Assembly (NCBI GenBank): GCA_951812945.1
Contig: CATOTB010000006.1
Span: forward strand, 77,335 to 141,334
Length of the DNA: 64,000 nucleotides
Origin: Candidatus Dadabacteria bacterium
GTDB lineage: Bacteria; Desulfobacterota_D; UBA1144; Nemesobacterales; Nemesobacteraceae
Direction of reading: 5' to 3'
Under the pieces are notes generated by a model. The model made no database searches, was not told the origin of the DNA, and worked only from the letters and a program-made list of their open reading frames with translations. Position 1 is the stretch's first letter; each line of letters begins with the position of its first letter. The translations under genes were made by a program, and so were the position numbers. This document shows, one piece after another, positions 11,101 to 20,197 of the stretch.

Positions 11101-14100
11101 CCCGGGGTCGGGTCTCCGCTGCTAAACAGGATTGTCAACGGGTCCGCTCGGCCCAGCAGCACGTCTGCCAGGGCGTTACCAGACCGTCGAAAAAGCCCGA
11201 TCTCGGTCAAGCCGTGGGGATATAGCTCAGCTATTCGGGTAGCGAATTCTTCTGTGTCAAGCGGCATTTCATCCGGCAAGGGATCCCCGGATCCGATCCT
11301 CACGACGAAGTTGCCGTCCACCTCCTCCAACACTCCGGACTTGGCCAGCATCTCGAGCATCCGGCGGAACAAGCGCTTATGCTCCTCCACGACATTCAAG
11401 CGCCGCCGCAAGTCCTCTGAATCCACGGCCGCGCCCCCCTCGCGTTCCCACCCCAGCTTCTTCAAGGTCTCTAGCGCGCAGGATCGAGACCACCTCTCCA
11501 GGTCAGTCAGGAGGGCGCTTCTGTCCTTGGGCGTGACTCCTTCGTCGGCCAAATAATCTGAGAGCAACCCCGAGCGCGTTGCAACCGTTGCCTGAGACGC
11601 GAGGAAATCTGCGGACAGCATTCCGGGCGTGAGAGCCCTTTCGCGCCACACAACCTCATACAGCAGTTCATTCACCCCTTCGACTGCGGAGAGCAGCGCC
11701 GCCCGCGTCGCGCGTTTCACCATGTATCCGCTCAACCCGCCAAGCAGAACTCCATTGGGATCGTAGATGCGCAATTCTCCGTTCCAGACCTCGGGCGGCT
11801 CGCCCTGTTCCACTTCCGTTCCTTGGGAAGCCTCACTCATGCGCACGTGGCAGAGCAAGCGATCCGGCAGCCGATCCGCCAGCCACAGTCGCTCCCAGCC
11901 AAATGGTAGATAGGTGGTTTCCTCTTCTGCCCCGCCTGGATTGCGCGCTGCGGCCATAACCTGAAAGCAACCGTCCAGCAGGAGCGGATGAACGTCCAGC
12001 CCGTTGCGGCCGAGAGCTTCAGGGAAAGAAATCTCGCCTAACGCCTCGCCCGGCCGGGACCAGACCCTCCCGAGCGTACGGAAGAACGGGCCGAGATTAA
12101 TCCCCGTACTGGCCCGGGCACGGTAGTAGGCTGCCACGTCTATTGGCGACAGAGGGGCCTTGAGGCTTTCGAGATCGATCCGCCTACCGGCTTCCGGCAT
12201 CGGGGCGTCCGGCGATACGCGGCCTTCCACGTGTAACGTCCAGCCCTCTCCACTCCCCTTGCTGAATATCTGGACACGACGCGAATTTGCCCGCTCGGAA
12301 GAATCAAGCACAACCTGCACCTTTCGGCCCTCGTCACCGGTACCGTCCTCGGAACCCTCCTCCGGGAAAATCAGCGCGTTGTGCAGCTGCATGTCCTCCA
12401 CAACCACCGCGCCGCTCTCTTCTGTAAGGGATACCGATGCCGCCATGGCCCCATAGAGCGCGCCCGGAGCTATAACCCGGCCGAACACCCGGTGGTCGCT
12501 CAACCACTCCGGATCCGACCGGAACACTTCTGTCTCGAATGTGACCTCGCCGCTGGCGGATTCGTGCCGGACCCCCAGCAAGGGGTGGCCGACGCCCGAG
12601 CGTTGTTTTCTATTTGAATCAAGCCAATGGCGTTCGCGTTGGAATGGATAGCTTGGCAACGAGATGCGACGGCGCGCCTCCCCCGCGAAGAGCCCTTCAA
12701 AACGAATCGGGAGCCCCGCCTGATACGCTTCCGCGACCGCCCGCGTGAAATCGGCGCCATCCGCGGACGCTCGGGATTCACCAGACGGTGGGCGCAGGCT
12801 TGACAGCACCGTGGGTGGCGGTGTCTGTACCGAGTCCGGCCAAGCCGCGCCCGTCATCGTGGCCAGGATCGGTCTCGGCCCTATCTCCAACACCAAGTCC
12901 ACCCCGAGTTCCGCCAACGTCCGGACACCGCGGGCGAACGCCACCTTCTCGCGGGCATGCTGCCTCCAGTAGGCTCCGTCCAGCGCTTGGCCAGGCTCCA
13001 GCGCTTGGCCAGTCAGGTTGCTGACCACGGTGAGGGAGGGTGGTTCGATCGCCACACTATCCAAGGAAGCTTCCAGCATGTCCAGAGCTGGCTCCACCAA
13101 GGCGCTGTGGAACGCGCGGGCTGTGTTCAGCCGTCTTACCCGGACTCCTTCCGATTCGAAGCGCTTCGAGATGGTTTCAATCTCTGCAACCGGGCCGCTC
13201 ACCACTTGGTGGCCGCCGTTGTCCGCCGAGATGCTCAGCCCAGCACTGGCAGATGATTCGTTCAGCTCCTCGACCGTTGACGCCACTCGTGCCGGAGTGG
13301 CAAAAACCGCTGCCATTGCGCCCGGTTCGGTTTCCGACAGCAGGGTGCCCCGCGCCGCGGCAAACCGCATTCCATCCTCCATGCTGAACACTCCCGCTGC
13401 CTGCGCCGCCGCCAGTTCCCCGACACTGTGCCCCAACACCACGCTGGGACGAACCCCTACACTCGACCAGAGCGCCGTGAGCGCGCACTCGAGGGCGTAG
13501 AGGGTCGGCTGCTCCCACGCCGTATCGCTCAGATTGCCTTCGCCGCACCCGAACATCACGTCAAGCAACGAGGCGCCTCTTTCAGCCCGAAACACCTCCT
13601 CACAGCGGTCGAGAACCGCCCGCGCCACCGGCTCACGTTCGTAGAGCGCCTTTCCCATGCCGGCCCATTGGCTTCCTTGCCCGGTATAAACAAACGCCAC
13701 TTTCATCGCTGTTTGCGGCCCTGGACTCTCGCCCACATTCCCCAGCGCTTTCAGCCCCTCCCGTAGCGACCCGGTATCCCGAAACACCACGCCTGCACGA
13801 TGATCAAAATGGCTCCTCCCTACGCCTGCAGTCCACGCCATGTCCGAGAGTAAGGGTTCTAAAGAGGTGCTTTGGGAAGCAAGATCCTCTGGATGCTCGT
13901 CCAGCCACAAGAGGTAACGCTCCGCAAGTTCCCGGAGTGCGGTCACCGATTTGCCGGACAGCGGCAGCAACCGGGTCTCGCGCTTCCTTAACCCTTGCTC
14001 AGGCAGCGGCAAACTCTCCGCGGCCTTCGGCAAAGAGACTGTCACTGTCTGGGCTGAGCCAACAAGCTGACGCTTCCCGTAGGGCAATTCCCCTGGGGCA

Positions 14101-15479
14101 ATGTATTCTTCCACCACTATGTGGGCGTTCGTCCCGGATATCCCGAAGGAGTTTACTCCTGCCAGTCGCGCCCGTCCGCCACGCTGAGGTAAGTCCATCA
14201 TGGACGAAGTAACCTTTAAAGGCAGTTGGTCCCAATCGAGGCTAGGGTTGGGAACCTGGAAATGCAGGTGCTTCGGAATCACGCCGCGCTGCATCACCAG
14301 CACTGCCTTGATCAGACCAGCGATTCCGGCAGCCGACTCGAGGTGGCCGATATTGGTCTTTACGGAACCGATCAAAAGAGGATGATCGGCTTTGCGTCCT
14401 CTGCCGTAGACAGCGGAGACGGCCTCGATCTCAATCGGGTCGCCTACAGCTGTTCCAGTTCCGTGCGCCTCCAGGTAATCCACATCCGAAGCGGGAACTC
14501 CGGCCTGCGACAGCGCCGCTTCCATCACCTGTTCCAATGCGGGGGTGTGCGGTACGGTCAGTCCGGTGCCGGGTCCGCCGTTATTCACCGCCGAGCCTCG
14601 GATCACCCCCCAGATCCGATCGCCATCCTCCTCGGCCTCGCTCAGCCGTTTCAGGATAACGACGCCGCAACCTTCACCGCGCACGTAACCGTTCGCAGAC
14701 GCATCGAACGTCTTGCACTGCCCGTCCGGAGACAGCATCATCGCATCCGCACGGAGTTCGAAAATGCGACTGTTCAGGATGGCCTGCACACCGCCTGCAA
14801 TGGCCAGATCCGCCTTGCCCTGCTGCAGGTCTGCCACCGCGTCGTGGACCGACACCATGGACGACGCGCACGCGGCGTCCACTGCCTTTGCTGGTCCCAT
14901 GAGGCCCAGCACGAAAGAGACCCGTCCGCTGGTACCGTTGAGGTTTGTGCCGCTCAGAGCATAAAGACATGAGGCGGCCTCGGCAGGTTTCCTTGACTCC
15001 ACTACCAGCATCCTGTATTCGTCGTTGCTGATCCCGGTGTATACCCCGGTGCGGCTGCCCTTCAGCCGATCCGGATCCATACCCGCATCCTCAAGAGCCT
15101 CCCAAGTGGTTTCCAGCATCATCCGCTGCTGTGGATCCAGCAACTGGGCCTCGACCGGAGAAATACGAAAGAACCCCGCGTCGAACTGCTCGATTCCGTC
15201 GACATAGCCACAGAAACGACAGGCCTTGCTCGGAATCTGTCCATCGGGGAAAAGCTCGTCCATACGCCCGACGCCGGAACCTGGGACGCCCTCCGTCACC
15301 ACGTTCTGGCCGGCTTCGAGCAGGCGCCAAAAGGCCGGTATACTCGGTGCGCCGGGGAACCGGCACCCCATGCCCACGATTGCTATCGGTGGACCGAGTC
15401 CAGATTTTTCCTGTCTCTGAATTTCAGAGTGGGGCGATGATTCCCCAGAGGAATCGCAAGACTTGTTTGATTCCGTCAT
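5106..15479 (-). CDS. supA: Type I PKS, KS-AT-DH-MT-ER-KR-ACP-KS-AT(inactive), SupA-like
   Basis: 3457 aa: KS1 DAACASS/HGTGT/NIGH; AT GHSVG/RAFH; DH HRVFGRVIAP; MT EVGAGTG; ER HAGAGGVG; KR TGGLGGIG; ACP GMDSL; KS2 DMACASA; AT2 GHGTG; no TE. Confidence 0.93.
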   Translation of the reverse strand: MTESNKSCDSSGESSPHSEIQRQEKSGLGPPIAIVGMGCRFPGAPSIPAFWRLLEAGQNVVTEGVPGSGVGRMDELFPDGQIPSKACRFCGYVDGIEQFDAGFFRISPVEAQLLDPQQRMMLETTWEALEDAGMDPDRLKGSRTGVYTGISNDEYRMLVVESRKPAEAASCLYALSGTNLNGTSGRVSFVLGLMGPAKAVDAACASSMVSVHDAVADLQQGKADLAIAGGVQAILNSRIFELRADAMMLSPDGQCKTFDASANGYVRGEGCGVVILKRLSEAEEDGDRIWGVIRGSAVNNGGPGTGLTVPHTPALEQVMEAALSQAGVPASDVDYLEAHGTGTAVGDPIEIEAVSAVYGRGRKADHPLLIGSVKTNIGHLESAAGIAGLIKAVLVMQRGVIPKHLHFQVPNPSLDWDQLPLKVTSSMMDLPQRGGRARLAGVNSFGISGTNAHIVVEEYIAPGELPYGKRQLVGSAQTVTVSLPKAAESLPLPEQGLRKRETRLLPLSGKSVTALRELAERYLLWLDEHPEDLASQSTSLEPLLSDMAWTAGVGRSHFDHRAGVVFRDTGSLREGLKALGNVGESPGPQTAMKVAFVYTGQGSQWAGMGKALYEREPVARAVLDRCEEVFRAERGASLLDVMFGCGEGNLSDTAWEQPTLYALECALTALWSSVGVRPSVVLGHSVGELAAAQAAGVFSMEDGMRFAAARGTLLSETEPGAMAAVFATPARVASTVEELNESSASAGLSISADNGGHQVVSGPVAEIETISKRFESEGVRVRRLNTARAFHSALVEPALDMLEASLDSVAIEPPSLTVVSNLTGQALEPGQALDGAYWRQHAREKVAFARGVRTLAELGVDLVLEIGPRPILATMTGAAWPDSVQTPPPTVLSSLRPPSGESRASADGADFTRAVAEAYQAGLPIRFEGLFAGEARRRISLPSYPFQRERHWLDSNRKQRSGVGHPLLGVRHESASGEVTFETEVFRSDPEWLSDHRVFGRVIAPGALYGAMAASVSLTEESGAVVVEDMQLHNALIFPEEGSEDGTGDEGRKVQVVLDSSERANSRRVQIFSKGSGEGWTLHVEGRVSPDAPMPEAGRRIDLESLKAPLSPIDVAAYYRARASTGINLGPFFRTLGRVWSRPGEALGEISFPEALGRNGLDVHPLLLDGCFQVMAAARNPGGAEEETTYLPFGWERLWLADRLPDRLLCHVRMSEASQGTEVEQGEPPEVWNGELRIYDPNGVLLGGLSGYMVKRATRAALLSAVEGVNELLYEVVWRERALTPGMLSADFLASQATVATRSGLLSDYLADEGVTPKDRSALLTDLERWSRSCALETLKKLGWEREGGAAVDSEDLRRRLNVVEEHKRLFRRMLEMLAKSGVLEEVDGNFVVRIGSGDPLPDEMPLDTEEFATRIAELYPHGLTEIGLFRRSGNALADVLLGRADPLTILFSSGDPTPGDLYRKAPVARAANRILRETVQTLVAGLPDGRRLRVIEVGAGTGSATAAILPELPEGRFDYMYTDISAGFFAEAEARFGGDEASIDYRMLDIEKDPVEQGFDFHGYDLVIASNVLHATQYLNETLAHCRRLLAPSGQLVALENLRGMGWMDLTFGPLDGWWRFADAYRPQHALVDPAVWRRVLTDVGFGEIEVLGLEESDSAEMPDKGVIVARGPAEVTERPGIWVLAADSAGVAEELAADLAARNQTVVLADHQLPENGNSEVDGSGIVRSTVDMERRESWQSLLECLPGDAPLKGVVHLVALGGHGLNATNEEMAKDTRRAVASALALTQGLVDSDAVPENGVWFLTRGAQVLEKELGGELAGATLWGFGKVVSREAAHLKPRMIDLDPSKTQSPELPDELLYPDHENHIAHRYGRRMVARLVRAGTNTERLTLPQQSAWVLAPDPDGIFDKPYVKPLPERSLEPKEVRVAVEAAGMNFWDVFRSLGFIEEGNLGKEMCGHVLDVGSEVSTVSAGDHVVGLGFGGAFAAEMIIREELVAPAPSGISVTGLATVPNVFVSAAFSYELSGLNAGERVLIHAGAGGVGLAAIQLARAVGIEVYTTASASKQPYLRSIGVEHVFDSRTTKFGEEILEATDGAGVDVVLNSLTGEGFIEASLSCLAQGGRFVELARRDILSEEEMAAVRPDVAYSILELDVLKKTEPAWVGRVLRDVMERLTAGELKPLIHSRWPLAEAGAALRFMRSARHLGKIVVTTPPLAGGGGLRQDRTYLVTGGLGGIGCAVAGWLADHGAGAIVLNGRRPPDPEVEKEIDSLRKRGSTVRVELADVTDASAVDDMLARMDRELPPLGGVIHSVGVLSDASLSNQSWERFEQVLWPKVLGAWHLHRATADRDLELFILFSSRVGVMGNPGQANHAAANAFLDQLAAHRRAVGLPGQAIAWGAWSEIGEAAEQRDRIERQRAALGGRWFTPQQGLRAFDRLVRQDVTNSVVMSMDWAVFEEAVEDRPSLLEDLLSTSPEADADSPAQADDLMSRVRKTTVAEREGMLVSFLQGEVQAVLRLPSAPTPTVGFFDLGMDSLMAVELRNRLNRAFAGEYVVSNTAVFDYPDVTTLAHYLADELGQLDGDDGTAPTPETAAPPPRPLVATEDDDIAIVGMACRFPSAKNLSEYWHLLESGTDAVTDGRQAGDPRRDAFGDSNSEGTTHLHGAFVENIEWFDSRFFHIAPIEARMMDPQQRMMLETSWEAVEDAGIAPDSLRGSRTAVYAGVAGSEYRHVIEASGKTGIHLGTTASITTGRVASALGLEGPAMAIDMACASALAAAHQAVGGLQRGEVDLALAGGVHAALSHDVSRFMLDVGMLSPSGQCHPFDASADGHVRGEGCGMLVLKRLSEAEVDGDRIWGVIKGSAVNQNGTSAGLTVPNGPAQERVMEAALVRAGLTGTDVDYLEAHASGSQLGDAIEVHAASSVYGRGRDADCPLLIGTVKSNIGHLETAAGVAGLIKAVLAMKQGVIPKHLHFKEPNPQINWDQLPVRVTSEKTDWPPHSDKPPRAAVSAFSMSGANAHMVVEGYGIATEDDSASAGVQSLRGAALPVPVSLPEPVANLPLATDGLTERTVRFLPLSGKSDGALRDMAGQYLSWLDEHIAGSSPKAPALADIAWTASVGRSHFDHRAAVVFGDTQSLRAGLTKLAETVATPDKPAPQPVTRVAFLYTGEGSQWVGMGEALYDSEPVVRAVLDHCDAVVRAEKGASLLDVMFGRAEATGDLNDAAWAQPALYALECALTALWASVGIRPNVALGHGTGEIAAAWAAGVFTLEDGLRLALTRGTLMAALPGADPNQSLNGLEVAFAESAVSPPSLTLVSGVTGRVVDADNPLDVAYWRTQACETEAFGTGVSTLAELGVDTVVEIGPGAVLGPQVNLQWPDSSDGEEAAASPFVLASLMRPSDEDSEEDSTGFAEAVAGAYEAGLALSFEGMFAGESRRRISLPTYPFQRRRHWV

Positions 15480-15764
15480 CGAAATCTCCCTCCCAAGATT
15501 ATGAGCTGATGGTTCTGTCTGTTCCCTTAATCTGAACTGTTTCCGTCTTAAAAAACGGTTTTCAGTTCACCACTCGAACTATGAAATTCACCACTGATTT
15601 TGATAATTCTCTTTCTGAAGAGTTTAGCATGGGGATGGACAGGGAACAAAGCTCTTCTTCGCTCGGGCCACGACTATCTCACGCTAAATACAGGTGGCAG
15701 TTTGGCATTTGTATGCTTTCTGTCTCTGTCCGCGAGGTTATCACAATCAGATGAATGCCGGGTC

Positions 15765-16424
15765 TCAGGGAAAAGTCACTGTTCCTGCTCCCTCCGGTTT
15801 CTTGAACGCAAAAAACGAATCAGGAATGCCGAGGTTAACTTCCGCAGTGCCCAGTTTTATGACCGTAGTGTTTCCGAAGATGTCGCCAATTATGATTTCT
15901 CTCAGCATATAGGTCTTGGGGTCGACTGCTATAGTCACCTGCTTTGACTGCTCCTGGTTTTTCTGTTTCAGGTCAAGGAGGACATTCCCCCGCCCGTCGG
16001 TGCTTCCGACGCCCGGGCGGACATCGAAAAGACGGTCAAGATCCTCCAGTATGGAAATAACGGTATAGGAACCGAGAGAATCTGCCCAGACGCTGTCAAA
16101 TTCCGTTTCGGCGACCTGGTTTTCCTGGCTGTCAAAATACCAGATCTTCTTTCCGTCAGAAACTATCGTGTCTTTCCATGGCTCTTCGTACTGCCACTTC
16201 ATCATCCCGGGTTTTTTGAACCACACCTTGCCCGAGGATGAGATTTTCTCCCCAAGGTCTTTTATCCGGGTTTCCTGTGTGAATGGCGATTTAAGGTCGT
16301 TTATGGAAGCGTATTTTTTCTGGATACCACTTACAATAGCAGCTGTATCCTGTGTTCTCGCCGGGTGGGTGGTAAAGAGAATGGATACGGTGAGAAGCAC
16401 CGCCGCAAGCGCGATTTTTCTCAA
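15765..16424 (-). CDS. lolA: Outer-membrane lipoprotein chaperone LolA
   Basis: Signal peptide; FTQ...SGKVWFKKPGMMKWQY...IVSDGK; directly follows ftsK. Confidence 0.88.
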   Translation of the reverse strand: MRKIALAAVLLTVSILFTTHPARTQDTAAIVSGIQKKYASINDLKSPFTQETRIKDLGEKISSSGKVWFKKPGMMKWQYEEPWKDTIVSDGKKIWYFDSQENQVAETEFDSVWADSLGSYTVISILEDLDRLFDVRPGVGSTDGRGNVLLDLKQKNQEQSKQVTIAVDPKTYMLREIIIGDIFGNTTVIKLGTAEVNLGIPDSFFAFKKPEGAGTVTFP

Positions 16425-18619
16425 TCCGAACTTCCCCTGTCCGCCTTAATCATGTCTACATAGACTTCTCTCGGTTTCCCGGCCGCCCCCTGAGGCCCTA
16501 TGAGGCCTTCTTTTTCCATTACCTCAACGATCCTGGCCGCGCGGTTATATCCTATCTTGAGCCTTCTCTGGATCATCGAAATAGATACCTGCCCGGTTTC
16601 CGCTATTATTCCCAAAGCGGTTTCGTAAAGTTCGTCTTTTTCGTCTTCGCTAACCCCCGAGCTTTCATCGTCTGAGTCGTCTTTGGTTATTTCTTCTATG
16701 TAGACCGGGTTTGCCTGGGATCTTAGAAAATCCGTTACCTGTTTTCTTTCGTCATCGGATATCAGTGCGCCCTGAAGTCTCAAGAGATTGCTTCCACCGG
16801 ATGTGAGAAAAAGCATGTCTCCCTTTCCGAGCAGGGTTTCCGCTCCCCCGGTGTCAAGAATGATTCTTGAATCCACTTTTGAGGACACGAGAAAGGATAT
16901 GCGCGCCGGGAAGTTAGCCTTTATGAGTCCGGCAACCACGTCTGCCGAGGGGCGCTGGGTGGAGACTATTATATGGATTCCCGCGGCCCTGGCCTTTTGC
17001 GCGAGCCTTATTATCGAGTCCTTAACGTCGGCCGGGGAAACCATCATCAGGTCGGCAAGCTCATCTATGATAACGACTATGTAGGGAAGCCATCTGAGCT
17101 GTTTTTCCTCGATCTCAAGTGTCTCAAGTTTCTTGTTGTAGCTGTCTATGTCCCTTACCCCTTCTTCGGAGAGCATGCTGTATCTGGAATCCATTTCCTC
17201 AACCAGCCACCTAAGGGCTGCCACGGCTTTTTTCGATTCGGTGACCACCGGGTGGAGCAGGTGGGGAATATCTTCGTATATGGAGAGCTCGAGCATCTTC
17301 GGGTCTATCATTATCAGTTTGAGTTCGTAGGGAGTGGCCCTGTAGAGCAGGCTTGTGATCGCGGCGTTCAGCAGCACGCTTTTTCCCGAACCCGTTGTGC
17401 CGGCGATCATGAGATGCGGGGCGGTCTGAAGGTCCATGTAACGCGGTTTCCCGGATATGTCTTTCCCGAGGGCGATGGTAAGCATTGATTTTTGCGCCGT
17501 GAATGAGCTGCTCTCGAAGAGTTCCCGCAGCACCACGATCTCCCTGCTTTCGTTCGGCACCTCTATTCCGACCACGTCTTTTCCCGGTATTGGGGCTATG
17601 ATTCTTATGCTCAGCGCCTTAAGACCCATTGCCAGATCGCCTTCAAGAGACGATATCCTGTTTATTTTTATCCCCGGGGCGGGTTTATACTCAAACATCG
17701 TGATAACCGGGCCGGGCCGTATTTCCATGACCTTTCCGGTCACTCCGAAGTCCGCGAGCTTTTCCTCGATCAATGTGGCCTTCTGGTACATGGCTTCTTT
17801 GTCTATCTCTACTGACGTATCGATTTTCGGGTCAAGCAGATCAACGGGAGGGAGGGAGAAGTCAAGCCATCTGCTTTCAGGCACCGGGGGTTCCGCCTCG
17901 GCTTTTTTATCGGGGGCGGGAGGAGTGAACACTATCTGCGGTTCTGCGTCGGGTTCTTGCTTCTGCGCCGCAGCCGGGGCTTTTGCCGCGCGAGGGGGCG
18001 CCTTCGGTGCGTCTTGCTTCTTTTTTCCTCGGGTGCCCCTTCGTGCGGCGGTGCGTCTTAGCGCCCCGATCGGTGCAAAAACTCCTTTCAGAGCGCCTGA
18101 GAAGAGCAAGCGAACAATCTGCATTACGCGGGTAATCTTGGTTTCCGTCGTTATTACCACGGAGAGGAATATGACGATTATAGCGATAATGTACGTTCCC
18201 AGGGTTCCCAGGATGTTCTGGGCAAATTCCCGGGAGACTGCCAGTCCCAGCCATCCGCCAGCCGGCGAGTAGCCCAGAAGGGAACTTTTTCCGTAAGCAA
18301 GTCCGAGCAGGGTGGCTGAGGAGAGAAGGAAGATAATTGTGGAGAAAAGCTTCCAGTATATCTTCTCGGCGGGCTGTTTTCTCAGGATCACGTATGACGC
18401 GTAGAACATCAGCACGGGAAATACGAAGGAAAGCGTGCCGAAGGAACTTCCAAGAGAATGCGACACGTAAAGTCCCGCATTCCCCATTGCGCCTTCCGCG
18501 TCAATTTCAAGCAGGTTGCTTGAGACCAGAAGACTTATGAAGGTGAATACTCCGAGGGCGAAAAAGAAAACCGCCATTACGTCTACGAATACGCCTTGAG
18601 TGTCCTTGCCTTTCTGCAT
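16421..18619 (-). CDS. ftsK: DNA translocase FtsK
   Basis: N-terminal TM domain, PHLMIAGTTGSGKS, IIDELADLM, gamma domain SMIQRRLKIGYNRAARI. Confidence 0.96.
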   Translation of the reverse strand: MQKGKDTQGVFVDVMAVFFFALGVFTFISLLVSSNLLEIDAEGAMGNAGLYVSHSLGSSFGTLSFVFPVLMFYASYVILRKQPAEKIYWKLFSTIIFLLSSATLLGLAYGKSSLLGYSPAGGWLGLAVSREFAQNILGTLGTYIIAIIVIFLSVVITTETKITRVMQIVRLLFSGALKGVFAPIGALRRTAARRGTRGKKKQDAPKAPPRAAKAPAAAQKQEPDAEPQIVFTPPAPDKKAEAEPPVPESRWLDFSLPPVDLLDPKIDTSVEIDKEAMYQKATLIEEKLADFGVTGKVMEIRPGPVITMFEYKPAPGIKINRISSLEGDLAMGLKALSIRIIAPIPGKDVVGIEVPNESREIVVLRELFESSSFTAQKSMLTIALGKDISGKPRYMDLQTAPHLMIAGTTGSGKSVLLNAAITSLLYRATPYELKLIMIDPKMLELSIYEDIPHLLHPVVTESKKAVAALRWLVEEMDSRYSMLSEEGVRDIDSYNKKLETLEIEEKQLRWLPYIVVIIDELADLMMVSPADVKDSIIRLAQKARAAGIHIIVSTQRPSADVVAGLIKANFPARISFLVSSKVDSRIILDTGGAETLLGKGDMLFLTSGGSNLLRLQGALISDDERKQVTDFLRSQANPVYIEEITKDDSDDESSGVSEDEKDELYETALGIIAETGQVSISMIQRRLKIGYNRAARIVEVMEKEGLIGPQGAAGKPREVYVDMIKADRGSSD

Positions 18620-18679
18620 TTCTTAAATTCTGAAATAAAAACCCTCAGCGTCCGAGCTAGAGGGAAAATTCCCCGCCAT

Positions 18680-20137
18680 CTAAAAGGCGATCACGGCTAG
18701 AAGCGTATTTGAGGCCTGAGCCGCCAGATCCCATGACAACAAAGGAAATATACCGAAAAAAACAGTGACTGCGGTAAGCACGGCGATTGTAGCTCCCGAA
18801 AGCGGCTTGTTCGCGCTTGCTCCGTAACTGTCTTCCTTCATAAACGCGCAGACAAGCACCTTGAGGTAGTAGTACGCGGAGATTACGCTTGCTATTATTC
18901 CTATCACCGCAAGCGGCGTCAGATTAGCGTCAACTGCGGCTAAAAACACCCTGTATTTTCCGAAAAATCCTATAGTCGGCGGAATTCCCGCAAGCGAGAA
19001 CATAAATACTCCAAGCGCGAGCGATGTTGCCGGTTTTCTACTCCATAGTCCCGATATCCTCTCGAAAGTGTCGCAGTCGCTATCCTCCCTGCTCACGTAG
19101 GCGAGGATTCCGAAAGCCCCGAGGTTCATGAAAGTATAGGCAAACAGATAGTAAAGAACGCTTCCGCTTCCGACCGAAGCGTCAGAAAGGACTGCAGCCA
19201 CTCCGACAAGGGCGTATCCCGCGTGCGCCACGCTTGAGTAGGCAAGCATTCTCTTTATGCTTTTTTGATATATGGCGGCTATGTTTCCCACTATCATGGT
19301 CAGCACCGCCGCGATCTGTACAGCGGCCATCATGTAGCCCTCAAACGCAGAACCGGAGTCGAGAAATATTCTCAGCAGCAGTACAAAGGCCGCCGCTTTT
19401 ACCGCCACGGACATATATCCCGTAACTGTGAGAGGAGCGCCCTCGTAGATGTCCGGTACCCACTGGTGAAGCGGCACGGCTCCTATTTTGAATATGACTC
19501 CCGCCGCCACGAAAGCGGCTCCGCAGACATACATCGGGAGATTTGCCGGATTTGCGAAAATTTCCTCTAGAAAAGTGGAACCGGTAGCCCCGTAGAGAAG
19601 TGCGATTCCGAAAAGCAGTACCGCGGAAGAAAATCCCCCCAGAACAAGATACTTTACGCCTGATTCCGTCGAGTCGAGGGATCTGCTTCTGAACCCCGAG
19701 AGTATGTAGACGGCGATTGACATGATTTCGAACCCAACGAAAAGCGTCATGAGTTCAACTGAGGATGCGAGAATCATCATCCCGCTCGTGCAGAAAAGCA
19801 CAAGCGCGTAGAACTCCTCAAGCCACTGTGTGCGTTTCTCAAGGTGGTCTTTTGAAAAAAGAATCGTCGCAAGCGCCGCCAGGAGGAAAAGGGAGTTGAA
19901 ATAGGCGGAGAAGGAATCGATCACAAGTGCGCCGGAAAACGCGGAGCTTTCGCCGGAGAATCTGGCGAAGTTAAGGATGAGGGAGAGTACGGTGCCCGCA
20001 ATCGCGAGGAGAAAAAGCGACCCGGTCCATCTTTTTTTCAGAATCGGGGCGCAGATAAGTATGAGCAGGGCGGCTAGTATAAGTATGCACTCGGGGAGGA
20101 TTGCCAGCGTACTTTCAAATAGAACCTGGACATTCAT
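18680..20137 (-). CDS. nuoN: NADH-quinone oxidoreductase subunit N
   Basis: ESGVKY, FKIGAVPLHQWVPDIYEGAP, KRMLAYSSVAHAGY, SLAGIPP. Confidence 0.94.
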   Translation of the reverse strand: MNVQVLFESTLAILPECILILAALLILICAPILKKRWTGSLFLLAIAGTVLSLILNFARFSGESSAFSGALVIDSFSAYFNSLFLLAALATILFSKDHLEKRTQWLEEFYALVLFCTSGMMILASSVELMTLFVGFEIMSIAVYILSGFRSRSLDSTESGVKYLVLGGFSSAVLLFGIALLYGATGSTFLEEIFANPANLPMYVCGAAFVAAGVIFKIGAVPLHQWVPDIYEGAPLTVTGYMSVAVKAAAFVLLLRIFLDSGSAFEGYMMAAVQIAAVLTMIVGNIAAIYQKSIKRMLAYSSVAHAGYALVGVAAVLSDASVGSGSVLYYLFAYTFMNLGAFGILAYVSREDSDCDTFERISGLWSRKPATSLALGVFMFSLAGIPPTIGFFGKYRVFLAAVDANLTPLAVIGIIASVISAYYYLKVLVCAFMKEDSYGASANKPLSGATIAVLTAVTVFFGIFPLLSWDLAAQASNTLLAVIAF

Positions 20138-20197
20138 AGCTTGATCTCTCCCGGCGTGTACGGCCTTTTCCTGGTTTCAGCTGTTTTCTTCATCACT

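Larger units (their letters stand above)
1248..15479. other. sup-type (sponge symbiont ubiquitous PKS) cluster, probably horizontally acquired
   Basis: PKS, stand-alone ACP, PPTase, alpha/beta-hydrolase and permease match the described supA-E gene set; visibly GC-richer than the backbone. Confidence 0.85.

Noticed and set aside
5106-15479. Many overlapping short and antisense ORFs in the PKS, and KS1/KS2 and AT1/AT2 nucleotide similarity
   Set aside because: Shadow frames expected in GC-rich coding DNA; the similarity reflects domain paralogy, not a repeat element or template/variable pair.
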